A stretch of DNA of 64,000 nt from NCBI RefSeq assembly GCF_006345805.1, contig NC_043006.1:52266001-52330000 (forward strand), in the 5' to 3' direction. Position 1 is the first letter of the stretch. Each line of letters starts with the position of its first letter. Below, piece after piece: positions 41,701 through 53,900 of the stretch. The notes below the pieces were generated by a model. The model did not search any database. It saw only the letters and a program-made list of their open reading frames with translations, and had not been told where the DNA came from. The stretch is from Octopus sinensis. Its lineage: Eukaryota. The position numbers and the translations under genes were made by a program.

Positions 41701-44041
41701 ACTACATCCAATGGATCCTTCCTTGCAAAAGATGTTGGGATGTGATTAGAGGAAGATTTGGTTGCTATTTCAAGCTGGTTAAGCAACCATATAGAGTGTC
41801 CCTCATTAGATAACTGATAGTCAATAGTAGTTGAAGAAGTGGAATGTTTGGAAGAAAGTCATTTCAAAAGAATGGTGATCTTAATGGATGAAATAAGACA
41901 AGACTAAATGAAAAAGAAAGTTTGTGTATCAGATTTTTCATATAAAACAAACTGTGATAATAGTAATGATTATGACACTTGCAATCTTGTTTTAAAAGAG
42001 TGTCTTGTAAGTAAAGAGTTAAGTATTCACGTGAACTTAACTGTTTCATTGTACATTTTAACAAAGTAGAATACAGTAAAAGATAATAAAATTGTAATTA
42101 TAAACATAGAAAATAAAATGTTTCAAATAGTTGACATGCTAACATACTGTTAGTTCAAATATTCCCAGGACATGCAGGAAAATATTTACAGTATTCAGAG
42201 CAGGGAATATTCTTGAATAATCTAAGAATATATTGAGGAAGTTATGACTATTTGGAGTGATTATTGTTTCACTTTTCTCATTGACACAATGTCAGTCTGT
42301 TAAGGTTTGCAGCTGATAAAATTCACTGAAATTCTGTGATAATATAAGTTAAAGAATTGTTGAAAACAATAGCTGTTGTGTAAAAGGGAAGAGCATAATC
42401 AGTTGATTATTTTATTAAGATGTGAAGTTAACTCTGTCAGGATTTGAATGTACAATAATAGTGCAATGAACTACAATACAATATAGTGCTCAGAGTGATT
42501 GTTTCCATAGCTAGATGCCCTTTCAACAAAAATAATTTACAATATTTAACTTCATCTTTCTCATATCTGGGTTCAAATTCTGCCTGAGTTAACTTTGTTT
42601 TATTTCTTTTTGTGAATCAAATCAAATTAATACTATACTGTGATTAATATAGTAGACTCAACCACTCTTCAATAAAACATGGCTTTAAACATGGTCAAAG
42701 CAAAGAAAAAGAAAATTAGGTTAAGCAACTGTTTGGATGAAGTATTAAACTATCAACATCTAGTTTGTCAGTTCAAATTTACTGAAGGTGTCGTGATTCT
42801 GTGCTGTACATTTATTCTGCATTACCTCAGATCTCATATAAACTGGCTTCCAGTTTGCTTCACAAAATAAAACTGGAGCTAAAGATTTAATCTGAAGCTT
42901 TAGAAGATATTCATTTTGCTATTAATTTAATCAGCTCATGCTATGTATACCTTGGTGTTTAACTCTGTAAATGAGTTTTAACACTTTCAAGAACAATTTT
43001 ACTTTTGGAACTAAACATTTATTCAATGAAACAAAATTATTGTTACCTTTATCTGAGACAAATTCTGTAAAGTTATGAAAAAGGTCATATGGTATTGTAA
43101 ACAAAAATTACCTTACAACTTTTGATGTGGTTGACATCATCAGACAATTAATTCATAAGAATGAATTTTGTTCAGCAGCATATGAGTAACAGTTGATAGT
43201 TTTTGTTACCTTGCTGACCTAATTAGCAGTGAAGGCAAATGTACCAAAAGGCAAAGGACAGAGTAGAGAAAGCTCAGTGAACTATTACCATTGGAGGTAA
43301 CAAATGGAATCTCTCTCAGAGCAAAGGGCATATTGTATGATGCTTGTATCTGAAGTGCAGAAGATTTGTAAAATTAGAAAGAAATGAAGCGAACATACTC
43401 TGCTAGATATGTAATGTTTGTGTGCATGAATGATGGAATATCAAATAAACTGAGAATGAAACTGGTATAAAAGTAATCCAATGTCATGAGCAAGAGAAAA
43501 GACTGCACTGGCATTGGTGTGTGATGCACACAAATTGTGATAGTTGTATAAATATGGGGTGAGAACTTAAAGTGAATGGAACCTGTTAAAGAAGGAGATT
43601 GCAGAAAATATGGACAAGGTGATGAAGGTTGAAACAAAGAGGATAAAACATATGAAGAGAATAAGGAAATGCAGTTGCTGTGACATGCCATCCTAGAGAA
43701 AATCCATCCACTATGCAAGCCTGGCATGAATAATATTAAAATGGTAGCAGTGATGGTGGATGGGATGTATAATAAAGCTATAGTTGAGTCTTTCACTATT
43801 ATGGTCCTGTTAAGTCTCTTTCTGCTTCTGTCACATCCTCTTCAATGCCCTCTCATCTTTCTTTTAGTTGCCCTTTTTTATTCATTGTACCATACCACCT
43901 CTATTATAAAGGATGACATTAGATCTATCTATTGTCAATCTCCTCTATCACAATTCTTATCACTCTATCTGTCTTTCTCCCATCACAATGCTTGTATAAG
44001 GAGAGATTGTATCAGATCTGCTTATATCCCATACACATCTT

Positions 44042-44099
<58 letters not shown>

Positions 44100-45716
44100 T
44101 CTCTCTCTCTCATGAGCAAACATATAGCTGTGGTGACTTCTCGACAGTATTTGTGTTGGCTTTGTTATAAATACTTATAAATATTTATTTAACATTGTGA
44201 CAAACATCACTGAGTTAGTGGATGTGGTTTTACCTTTCACTGATGGTTGATCTAGTTATTAGAAAGTAATGCCTATCTATCTGTTACAAGAATTTATAAA
44301 CAGAATATTTTTTTTTTATTTATGCAGGAAACCAGTAGTTTTGCAGAGTGAATGAAGTTAGCTAAGCAACCTTGAAATGAAATTTGATTTACGAATGTAT
44401 AGTGGTTATTTAGTTCACAGACCTTGTGTCAGATATACTACTCTTAAAACTACTCTTAAAACCATTAAAACATCTTTATTAGCAAGTTTGATGGGAAAGA
44501 AGAATGTGTGTGTGTGAGAGAGAGAGAGAGCATGTAAAACTTGTAGCTTTCATTCTTTTTTCTATGTTATTTCAATGAAATAATTACAGGTTCAAGTACA
44601 GGTTACAGACACTGAAAGTGATATTGAATGGATTTGGTCAAGGCAGGAATTTCTTAACCGTAAATACATCATGCAAGAGGTTTATCAACAATTCATTACT
44701 GGAGAAAATTGGAAACTTCCACAAGTAAATATTACTTTCTAAATATTATTAACATGTAAATTGTTATCATTTTAAATAAAAGAAATTTATTTCATGTATA
44801 AATTAATATATACATATCAAATTATGTGTTAATTTTCTATGGAAATTAATTAGAATATATAAAATATTACAGCCTGTAAAAATGTTCATTTTAATGCAAA
44901 TATAACCATAACTGTATTGACATTAATTCTTTGTAAATGAAACCTTCTGACATCTAAACCAAAAACAGATGGAACCAGTTCTATAGGTTACAAAAAGTAT
45001 ATAAGTATCATTATCTAAAGTTTGATATAAATATCTGAAGCTCAATAAACATAGAAAAGTAGACATATTTTTGAAGAGATCATCCCTTTCATCTTTCTAG
45101 CATTAAAAATGGTAGAATGATACCTTGGACTTAAGACAACCTGTCTTAATAATCCAAAATATTAACTTAGACATTATTCAAAATTCTTGATAATATTTTT
45201 TTTTAAAAACAAGAAGGAAAAGAAAAATAAATAAATATAATTTTAAATAAATTGTTTCATAAATTTGTTATAAAATTAGACTAATGATTTGAGCATTTGT
45301 AAACTTTGTAGATTTTCTTATTTTTCAGGACAAAGACCCTTTTTATGATGATCCAACTACTCCTTATCTGATTGGTTCAGTTGAAATTTTTTTGAAATCA
45401 TTGGCTCATGGTGTAAGTACACTCAGTGATTAACTATCTCAGATGAACTATGATTGGTTCATATGTGTCTATACATATGGTATAAATATATATATATATA
45501 AGTAAATATAAGACCGATGGTACCATTAAAATACTATTACTAGTGGCAAGCGAATACCAGCTGTACAGGCAAATTAATAAAATATATATACAATATATAT
45601 ACTCATATATATATATATATATATACTAGGGTACTACATGAGTACCTGCATTGCTAAAATAAAGAAGTATTTTTGATTTCTTTTTTTAGTGATTCAGGTA
45701 CTCATGTAGTACCCTC

Positions 45717-45777
<61 letters not shown>

Positions 45778-48700
45778 AAAGTAAAAAAATATATACAAAC
45801 TGGGACAAGAACGTGAAACATTTAGAAGACGACACAAAAAACACGGACGGGACATTCGAAGCCTTCAATCTTTAGTCAAGAACTGGATCATCTTCGCAAT
45901 TTCGGCTGATTAATATATATATATATATGTAGGCACATCGAAAATAAGAATAAAAGCAGCAAAAGTCAAAAGGACATATACAGTAAATGTATTAGGTTGA
46001 TGCTCTGTTTAAGATGGAAAAAAAGAGGGTGTGTGTAACATTTTGAGTATGGCTCTTCGTCAAACAACTTTCTAAATATATACTTAATTGACCATCACAG
46101 ACAGTGTCACTAGTAATGCCATGAAAATTAATAGAAATTACCATGTGCTCATGCAGGAAAAAGAAAAGTACACTATGAACGTTTATTTTAATAATTTTAT
46201 AAATAACTTTTTTCTCTACATATTCCATTTTAATATATATTTTTGATAAGGTTTTTCAACAACCGAAACATAAAACAAAAACATTCTTTTAATGTATTTA
46301 TATAAAGAAGTTCAAATGCACCTAATTTTTAAAAAGTAGCGTTTTCGTTCTTCTTTTTCATATATATAATTATAATTATTAGGGAATATTACTTCCAAGT
46401 ACACAGGGAAAAGACATTCAAATTAGATGTACTAAAACGAACCTCTCTTAATGTTTAATTTGTTTATATAAAAGTAATTTTAGAGACAGAACCACCTTCA
46501 ACTCAATCCACACTGAAAGGTTTTATACCCACCATTTCATAAAATGTTAAAAATTAAATCTTATACTAACTATATCTATTCTGAATCCTGTATTTTCTGT
46601 TTATAAGTCTACACGTGTTTCATGAAAGTACGTTGGTATTGATTAGATATGAGGTATCTAGTTTCAATACTTACTCGGGTCAAGATACTCCCAATCTTCA
46701 GGTCTGGATTCCTCAACATTTTCCACTACCCCTACCTCTTATATACTTCCATGATGCTCTATATCTTCCATATAAACTTACTTAACATGTACAAATGAAT
46801 AGAAATACAAATAATAAATAAAAATAATAACTGAATATTAAGAATTAAGGAGTAAAAATTTAAGGAATAAAAAATAGAATTAAAAATTTAAGGAATAAAA
46901 ACTCAAGGAATAAACATTTAAGGAAAAAAGTAATAAAGGAAAAAATTTTTAAAGAGAAAAAAATATGAGTAAAAATTACAAACAAAGGTTCTGAATAACG
47001 AATAAAGAATTGCAAATAAACAAATACGAAATAAAAATGAAATAATAATGAAATAACAATGAAATAATAAGGAAATAAAAATAGAGACAAAAGTAAAACA
47101 AATGTTAACTTATCTTTTCTTCCCTCAGCAAAAATTAGACAACGCTACATCTTGCAAATAAGATAAAATCCGCATTTGATAATACCTATGTATATGAGGT
47201 ACTACAAATAAATGTCATTTATTTGTAGTACCTCCTATACTATGTGTGTTAACAGAATGGAAAGGAGCACATAAGACAAGAGTTTTTAAATAGATAAGCT
47301 GCAACCAGAAGCAAAGTTTAATTTGGGGAAATGGTACAAGGAATGAAAATAATAGTAATAATAATGATAATATATATATACATATATACAAAATATAGGG
47401 ATTTAGTTCACAGGTGATCTAAATAAATAGTAAGTGCTGTAACAGATAACCAGGGTTCCAAGCTCATAACTGAGATAGGAGTAATGGAACAATGGAACTA
47501 TTGTAGATTTCCAATACAGCAGATATAAATTTGTTGAAAAGGAAAACAAGCATCAAGTGTTTTGCTCAAGTGACTGAAGTTAAATTTGAAACCATATCCA
47601 TGTGGTCAGTATCTCAGAACTTTGACCTTACAACCTTTGTGTCTCATGTATGAAATTATTATAATAGTCAACATTTATTATCATTCTTTGGAATATCTTG
47701 TTAAATGCATTTGATAATTTTATAACTTAAATTTTTTTAAAGTTTCTATTATTTTTCTGTTATTGTTTCTATTTCCAGATTGATACTAAACAAGTTTCAG
47801 ATATCATAGATTGTTCTGCTCGTAAAGTTGGAACTATAGAGGTGAGTGGAATGCTTTTGTTAATTGTAATTATTAGTACTACCTGATAATTCCGATACAT
47901 AGCTTATCAATAGTTGGCAAAAATTATGTTCTGAAAGAGGTATGCTACATCATGGTCTTGACCTCACTTCAAGGCACATAGTCTTTAAAAGTTCACTCCC
48001 CTGTTCTCTCCTTGAGCCTGTTCCTACCTATCTAGAAGCTTGGTTTATCCATGTGGAGATGATCTAAAGGGAATGCCTATTTTAATTGTTTATACATCGT
48101 CATTATTATTATGATTATAACCTATAAAATTCAAGATGGTCAAGGCTGAATGATATGCATTATAATATGATTTTACAAATTTTTTAACAGAAATATTATA
48201 GATTATTTCTAAAAACTATATTTTCTATCATGAATAGTTTTAGAACCTTTTCCATCTGTATCATATTTTCTCTCAGTTTTTCAGTTTTTAACCTTACAGC
48301 CAGGCTATCACATTTTAGATATAGCACTTGGTACCCAATAGCAAATTTCATAATTATTCATTTAATTCAATTCCATATTACAGGTGCATCTCATTCCTTG
48401 CGGTGAAGACTCTAAAGACTTGATTGATAGTGAGGAAAGTTTTTTTTCCGAACCAGAGGAACGTCTGAATAAAAACTTACATTTCAAAATTAAAATCTTA
48501 CAAGCTTATGGCTTATCAAACCGTTTCACAGTATGTATTTAATGCTTACAATTATGAATGTTGAAGTTGTCTAGAAATGTAGTCATTGAAAAAAGAGAAT
48601 TGCAGCAATCTATTGAGTTGTACATTTGATTTGTTAATATAGTTGCTATCATTATGGTCTGCCTAATTAGTCAACTTTATTTTGAAATGACATATAAGTA

Positions 48701-50915
48701 CACTGGTTATATATTATACCTCTCAAACCTTATTTATATTGTTTGGTTTAGGAAATGAAGAAATGAAAGGGAATACTAGAAGCAATTTTATTCATTCTAT
48801 AGTTCTAAATTATATTTACTGAAATACAAATCATCTTTACAAAAATATTGAATTCTGAAGAGTTGCAAAGGAAAATGCCTTTTGTGGAAACTTAAAACTG
48901 TTTACTTGTTTCTTGTTTTATCAAATTCCAGTGGATTCAGTGTGCAATGCCAATGTAACAAAGAGTCAGTAAATTTGTAATTTAGTGAAGGATGAATCAT
49001 TATTTAGTTAATTAATAGAGTATGAGTACCACATGGTAAGGAACAAATATGTACACTGACATCTTATGTGGTATGTTTGATAAACATATAGTTAGTCTTG
49101 CTGTTAAAATAGAATCAGTGAATAAACCACAGACCCATTAACACCTTGAATTGCTGATTGAACCACCATTATGTCTGAAATAGTGTGTTAATATTTCCTC
49201 ATATGAAGCTGTGAGTTTCTAATCTTCAATAGATAGAAGAGGAGGTGATTTCTGATGAGTCAATTCTCAAGCTTGTGATTTTTTTATCCACGTATTCTGT
49301 TTTGATAACAAAACTAAATACATTTTTATTGAATAGGTCATAAATGCCTTTTGTATATTTAATTTTGACAATGCCTTGAAAATGTTATATTTATGTACCC
49401 TTCAATTCCACCAGTATTTTTAACCACCGTATTTTGTACAAAGTTATATGGACTTGTAGGAATCATGTTGGCTTTCTCAATATGCAATATACACATAATG
49501 CCAACATATCTGGAACTATGGAGATGATATGCTTATCAAAATATTCAAAAAGCTTTACATGCTTGAAAATGTGATACATTTTAGATAAAGGAATTCTTGC
49601 TAATTTGTAGTTTTGAACTATTTGGGTATCAATATGAGAGTGAATCAAAAATTATACAAACTTCCATTTGTATAATTTATTAAAACAAAAGCAGGGTTGA
49701 ACAATTACACCCTTTTTCGATGTGGTTTTCTTGTTTTTCAATGTACTTCTTCCTATGGTCCACAAGCTTTTTATTCAATCAAAGAAGGTTTTCAGCTAGT
49801 TCTTGCTGCCATTTATGCACATTTCTTGTACTTCTTCACCCATAGCAAATCAATGACCTTGTAAAAGATGTTTGAGCAGTCCAAAGAGGTGATAGTTGGA
49901 AGGGGTGGGATCTGGATTACATGCAGGTTGTTTCAGCAGATATAAATCCAATTTTATAAAGGTTTTAATGATGTGGCCAGCTATATGTGTGCATGCATTG
50001 TCATGCAACAATAATACTTGCTTTGACAACAGACCTCGGCATTTGGTGTGAATTGCTTGTTTCATTTTGTTAGCCAGTATTTTATTGTAGCCAATACTGG
50101 TGATTGTAGACTCCTTTTCCAGGTAATGTTCACTATAGGCCCTATTGCATCACAAAAGCAGTTAGCATCACTTTTGCTGCAGAAGATTGAGTATTGAACT
50201 TCTTTTTCACTGGCAATTCTGGGTGTTTTCACTTCATACTCTACCTTTTGGATTCCAATTCAAAATGATGGATCCAGGTCACATCTCATTTGGCTATTCT
50301 CTCCAAAAAAGCTCCACCTTCATGGTTGCAACAGTCGAGTAAGCATTGAGAGATCATCGCATGATTGTGCTTATATGTCTTAATAAGCTCTCTTGGTACC
50401 CATCTCATACAAACTTTATGCCAGTGAAGCTTGTCATAGATGATTTCATCTGCAGAACCATAACTAATTTCCAAGGAACACTCAGTTCACCAGCACCATC
50501 TCTTGAACTTGCTGAATCTTCACATCTGCAGTAGAGGTTGATGGGCATCCTGTTCTGTCTTCATGCATCACACTTGTCCAGTTATACACACTTCTATGCA
50601 GTAGAGCAATGCCCCCATATTGTACTGAATGCCTGTGATGACACACCTTCAGAACAGAGAAATTGGAGCACTGATCTCTGTTCTTCTTTGGTGCATACTG
50701 CCAGCAGAGCAACCATGTTTATTCTGTAACACAAGAAGGAAAACTGGAGCAATTAAGGTCAAATCCTGGTTACCTAATCACATACTAGTGCTGAATGTAG
50801 TGTTGTCAATATAAAGAAAATTTTGGCAAAAGTACAGATAACTTTTGATTTCCTCTTTTAATGATTAAATAATAGCTCACTTATAGAAGCAGTTGGATAG
50901 ATTCAATAAGATTGC

Positions 50916-50946
<31 letters not shown>

Positions 50947-53900
50947 AGAGAGAGAGAGAGCAAGAGAGAATGAGGGAGTCATTAGAAAATACAGTTCTAA
51001 AATTGAATAATGTTTATAGTTATAAACTTCTTAACTATATCTTGCCCAAAGAATTAACTATAGAGATATGTGTGATGCTTTAATAGTTCAGACTATTTTA
51101 ATTATGCATGTTTCATAAACAGATATTGCTAAATATCTAATGAAATTTATTTCATTAAATGCTACACATTATTGTTCTTTTTTCCTTTCAAACAGGACAT
51201 GTACTGCTCTTTTAAAGTATATCTAGGTGAAACAGAACACAAAACTGATAAGATTTCAGGAACAGTGAATCCAAAATGGAATTTTTCTAAGATGTTTTCA
51301 TTTAAAATGGTGACAAAACAAGTAAAGTTCTAATTCTATAATATATTGTTAAAATTGACAAAGTAACCCTAACCCTAACCCTAACTGTTTGATATAATTT
51401 TAGTGTATATTCATAATAGCTACTCCAGATTACTTGATGACTATGGATATGGTTGTAGGAATGGGAAAGTGATCAAAACTTATGGAGTTCTGTGATGCAA
51501 ATGAATTAGCCAACACTTGTTCACCGTCCATTGAGGTGAACATACTAGTCATATAGACTTGATATCCCATAGGTAAATGGGAATAGACAGATGGTAGTAA
51601 GTACTAAGTCTTTCTTTACTGAAGAATGTACCACCCAATTTAGGTCACTGATTAGTGACTTCAGAATAAGAGCTAGACTGAGCGATAAAGTATATTCTAG
51701 TGAAGGAAAGTGTAGATACTGAAATATTCTTCTAATTGATATTTTTCAGAATGATTTCTAGGTGATATAAATGATAAGGAGGAGGAGACAGAGGATAACT
51801 GAGAGTTCCTGTTACACACCCTGCTGAAAGTTACAAACCACACCTGTGCAGGAGCAAGGTTCCACCCAGATGTAAGGCAATATGGTGGTGGAACAGTGCT
51901 GCAGATAGATCCATAAAACCTAAAATATAGGTCTGGAAAGACTAGAAAAAAGAGAGTAGCAAACATATGTATAATATACAAAGAATTAGAAAGCAGGTGG
52001 TTTGTTAATGTTCTGCTACAAGAGGATCAGAAGTGTGAAGTATTACAGATTGTGAAGCAATGTTTTAGGGTTAATCAAGGCATTATTGGAAAAAGTGTGT
52101 TCAAGGTGACAGTAGTGCACGTCCTCTGACAGTCAGGGAGGCTTGAAAATGATATTATGTGAAGTTGCTAAATATAGAAAATATGTGAGAACTACTACTC
52201 ATACACCAAAGTGTTTTTAAGTGGACTGTTATATAGTCAAATGGCCATTAAGAATAAGATGATGGGGTAGCAGTAGGCTCAAAAAGTACATTGTTAACAT
52301 TGAAAATATTTTGCAATGTAATGCTCAAGTAAAATAGTCACTTGCATTGCCAATTTAGTAAAACAAGGAGATATCATATCCAGTGATCCATTTTGCAGAG
52401 CAAAGAAGATACTTTAGTGACAAGCAACTGCAAAAATATCTAACTGATAGGCCAAATTATGAAAGTAACAGAAAGTGTTAAAAAGTTGATTAGAAAGAGA
52501 ATTAGATAAGATACAGTTCAGATTTGTACCAACTCAGGGTATTATTGATGCTCTCTTCCTAGTGTGGCAACTACAAGAGGTTTTTAACTCCAAGGATAAG
52601 CTTCCCTACCAAGCATTTATTGATATGAAGAAGGCCTTTAATATGGTACAATGATTTGTAGTTTTAGTGGTTCTCAAGAAAACTAAGATGAATGGTTTGT
52701 GAGAGTACAAAAGTGCTGTCAGCAGAATGAGAGTTGGCAATGAAGAAATTTTGTATGTAGGAAGAAGTTCACCTAGGCTTAGTTATCAGCCTTCTCCTAT
52801 TTATTATAGTCCTGCAAACCATAACAGGAATTGAAAACTGTCTGTCTCATATATTGATGACCTAGTCCTTGTAGCAGATTTGTAGAAGACTTAGGGAAGA
52901 AATTCCATGTACTAGTCTTAACACCATGCTGTTATTCATGGTATTTCTGTTGTTAGTACAAAAGCTTTTGCTATTTAAAATATACTAGATCTATTATCCC
53001 TATCCGTTTGTCTTCTTGTTACCTCTACACTGTATCATTTTCTCAGATCTCATATTAAATACATTATTTAAACCTCCTTTCCCATGAGTGCAACTTATCT
53101 AATTTACACTCTCTTCTTGAAAAAATATTTGCTGGAAGAAAGAGATGTGCATTATTAAGCTGTAACAAATACTGATGAATCAGATTTATTTAAAGTATAT
53201 TAAATGACTTTTGCTTCATATTATATTAACTTCCACAATGTAACATTTAGTAATTGTATATTATGTTCTGAATAAGTGATGTTAGTAATGGTTGATATTC
53301 AGTGTGGATTATTGCCTTTTTTATTAAAGGTCGATTTTGCTGTGTCTAGAGAGTCATTATCCCAATATTATTAACACACACCCTGGTACAATTCCATTCC
53401 TTTATTATTAGTCAATTGATTAAATATTTAACTAACTAATCATTTGTTTGTTTGTTTAATTTGATTATATTGTTTTGTTTTTGTTTGTCAAAGCTCTTTC
53501 ATTACTACTTTCAACCTTTTCAATGACTTTTGACTTAATCTGTTATGGAGGCTGCAAAACAAATGACTAACCAAATTAAACAAACAATTAGTTAGTTAGT
53601 CGAATATTTAACCAATTGACTAATAATAAAGGAGTGGAATTGAACTAGTGTGTGTGTTAATAATATCAACATAATGCCTCTTCCTAGACACAACAAAATT
53701 TATTTCAAATCACGAATTCACATAAAGAATCTTGCAAATCAGATGCAAAAACAAAGGTTGGTTATTTTACTAGAAAAGCTAACAAATTTCATTAAAAGTT
53801 TTTTAGAGTTCTTTCTATTTGCAAGAAGATGAAGTGAATAAACAAGTAGTTAACTATTTTCTTTTTATTTCTGTTTATGAAGTTTTTATTTGTGTAGCTG

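Noticed and set aside
44328-44360. Strong-looking acceptor (T-tract-ATGCAG) between exons 12 and 13
   Set aside because: No downstream GT gives an in-frame exon, the frame stops after 7 codons, and exons 12-13 already join in phase.
45870-45912. Possible GAAA half of a minus-strand hammerhead
   Set aside because: The CUGANGA half is absent (sequence breaks into (AT)n), so it cannot be supported from this window.
46655-46720. Minus-strand CTGAAGA...GAAAC hammerhead-like spacing
   Set aside because: Stem II is not flush with the core, no U16.1, and stem I cannot be formed.
47194-47240. Superficial let-7 resemblance (TGAGGTA...CTATAC)
   Set aside because: Only the first 7 nt match; the rest is not let-7 and the loop is 3 nt.
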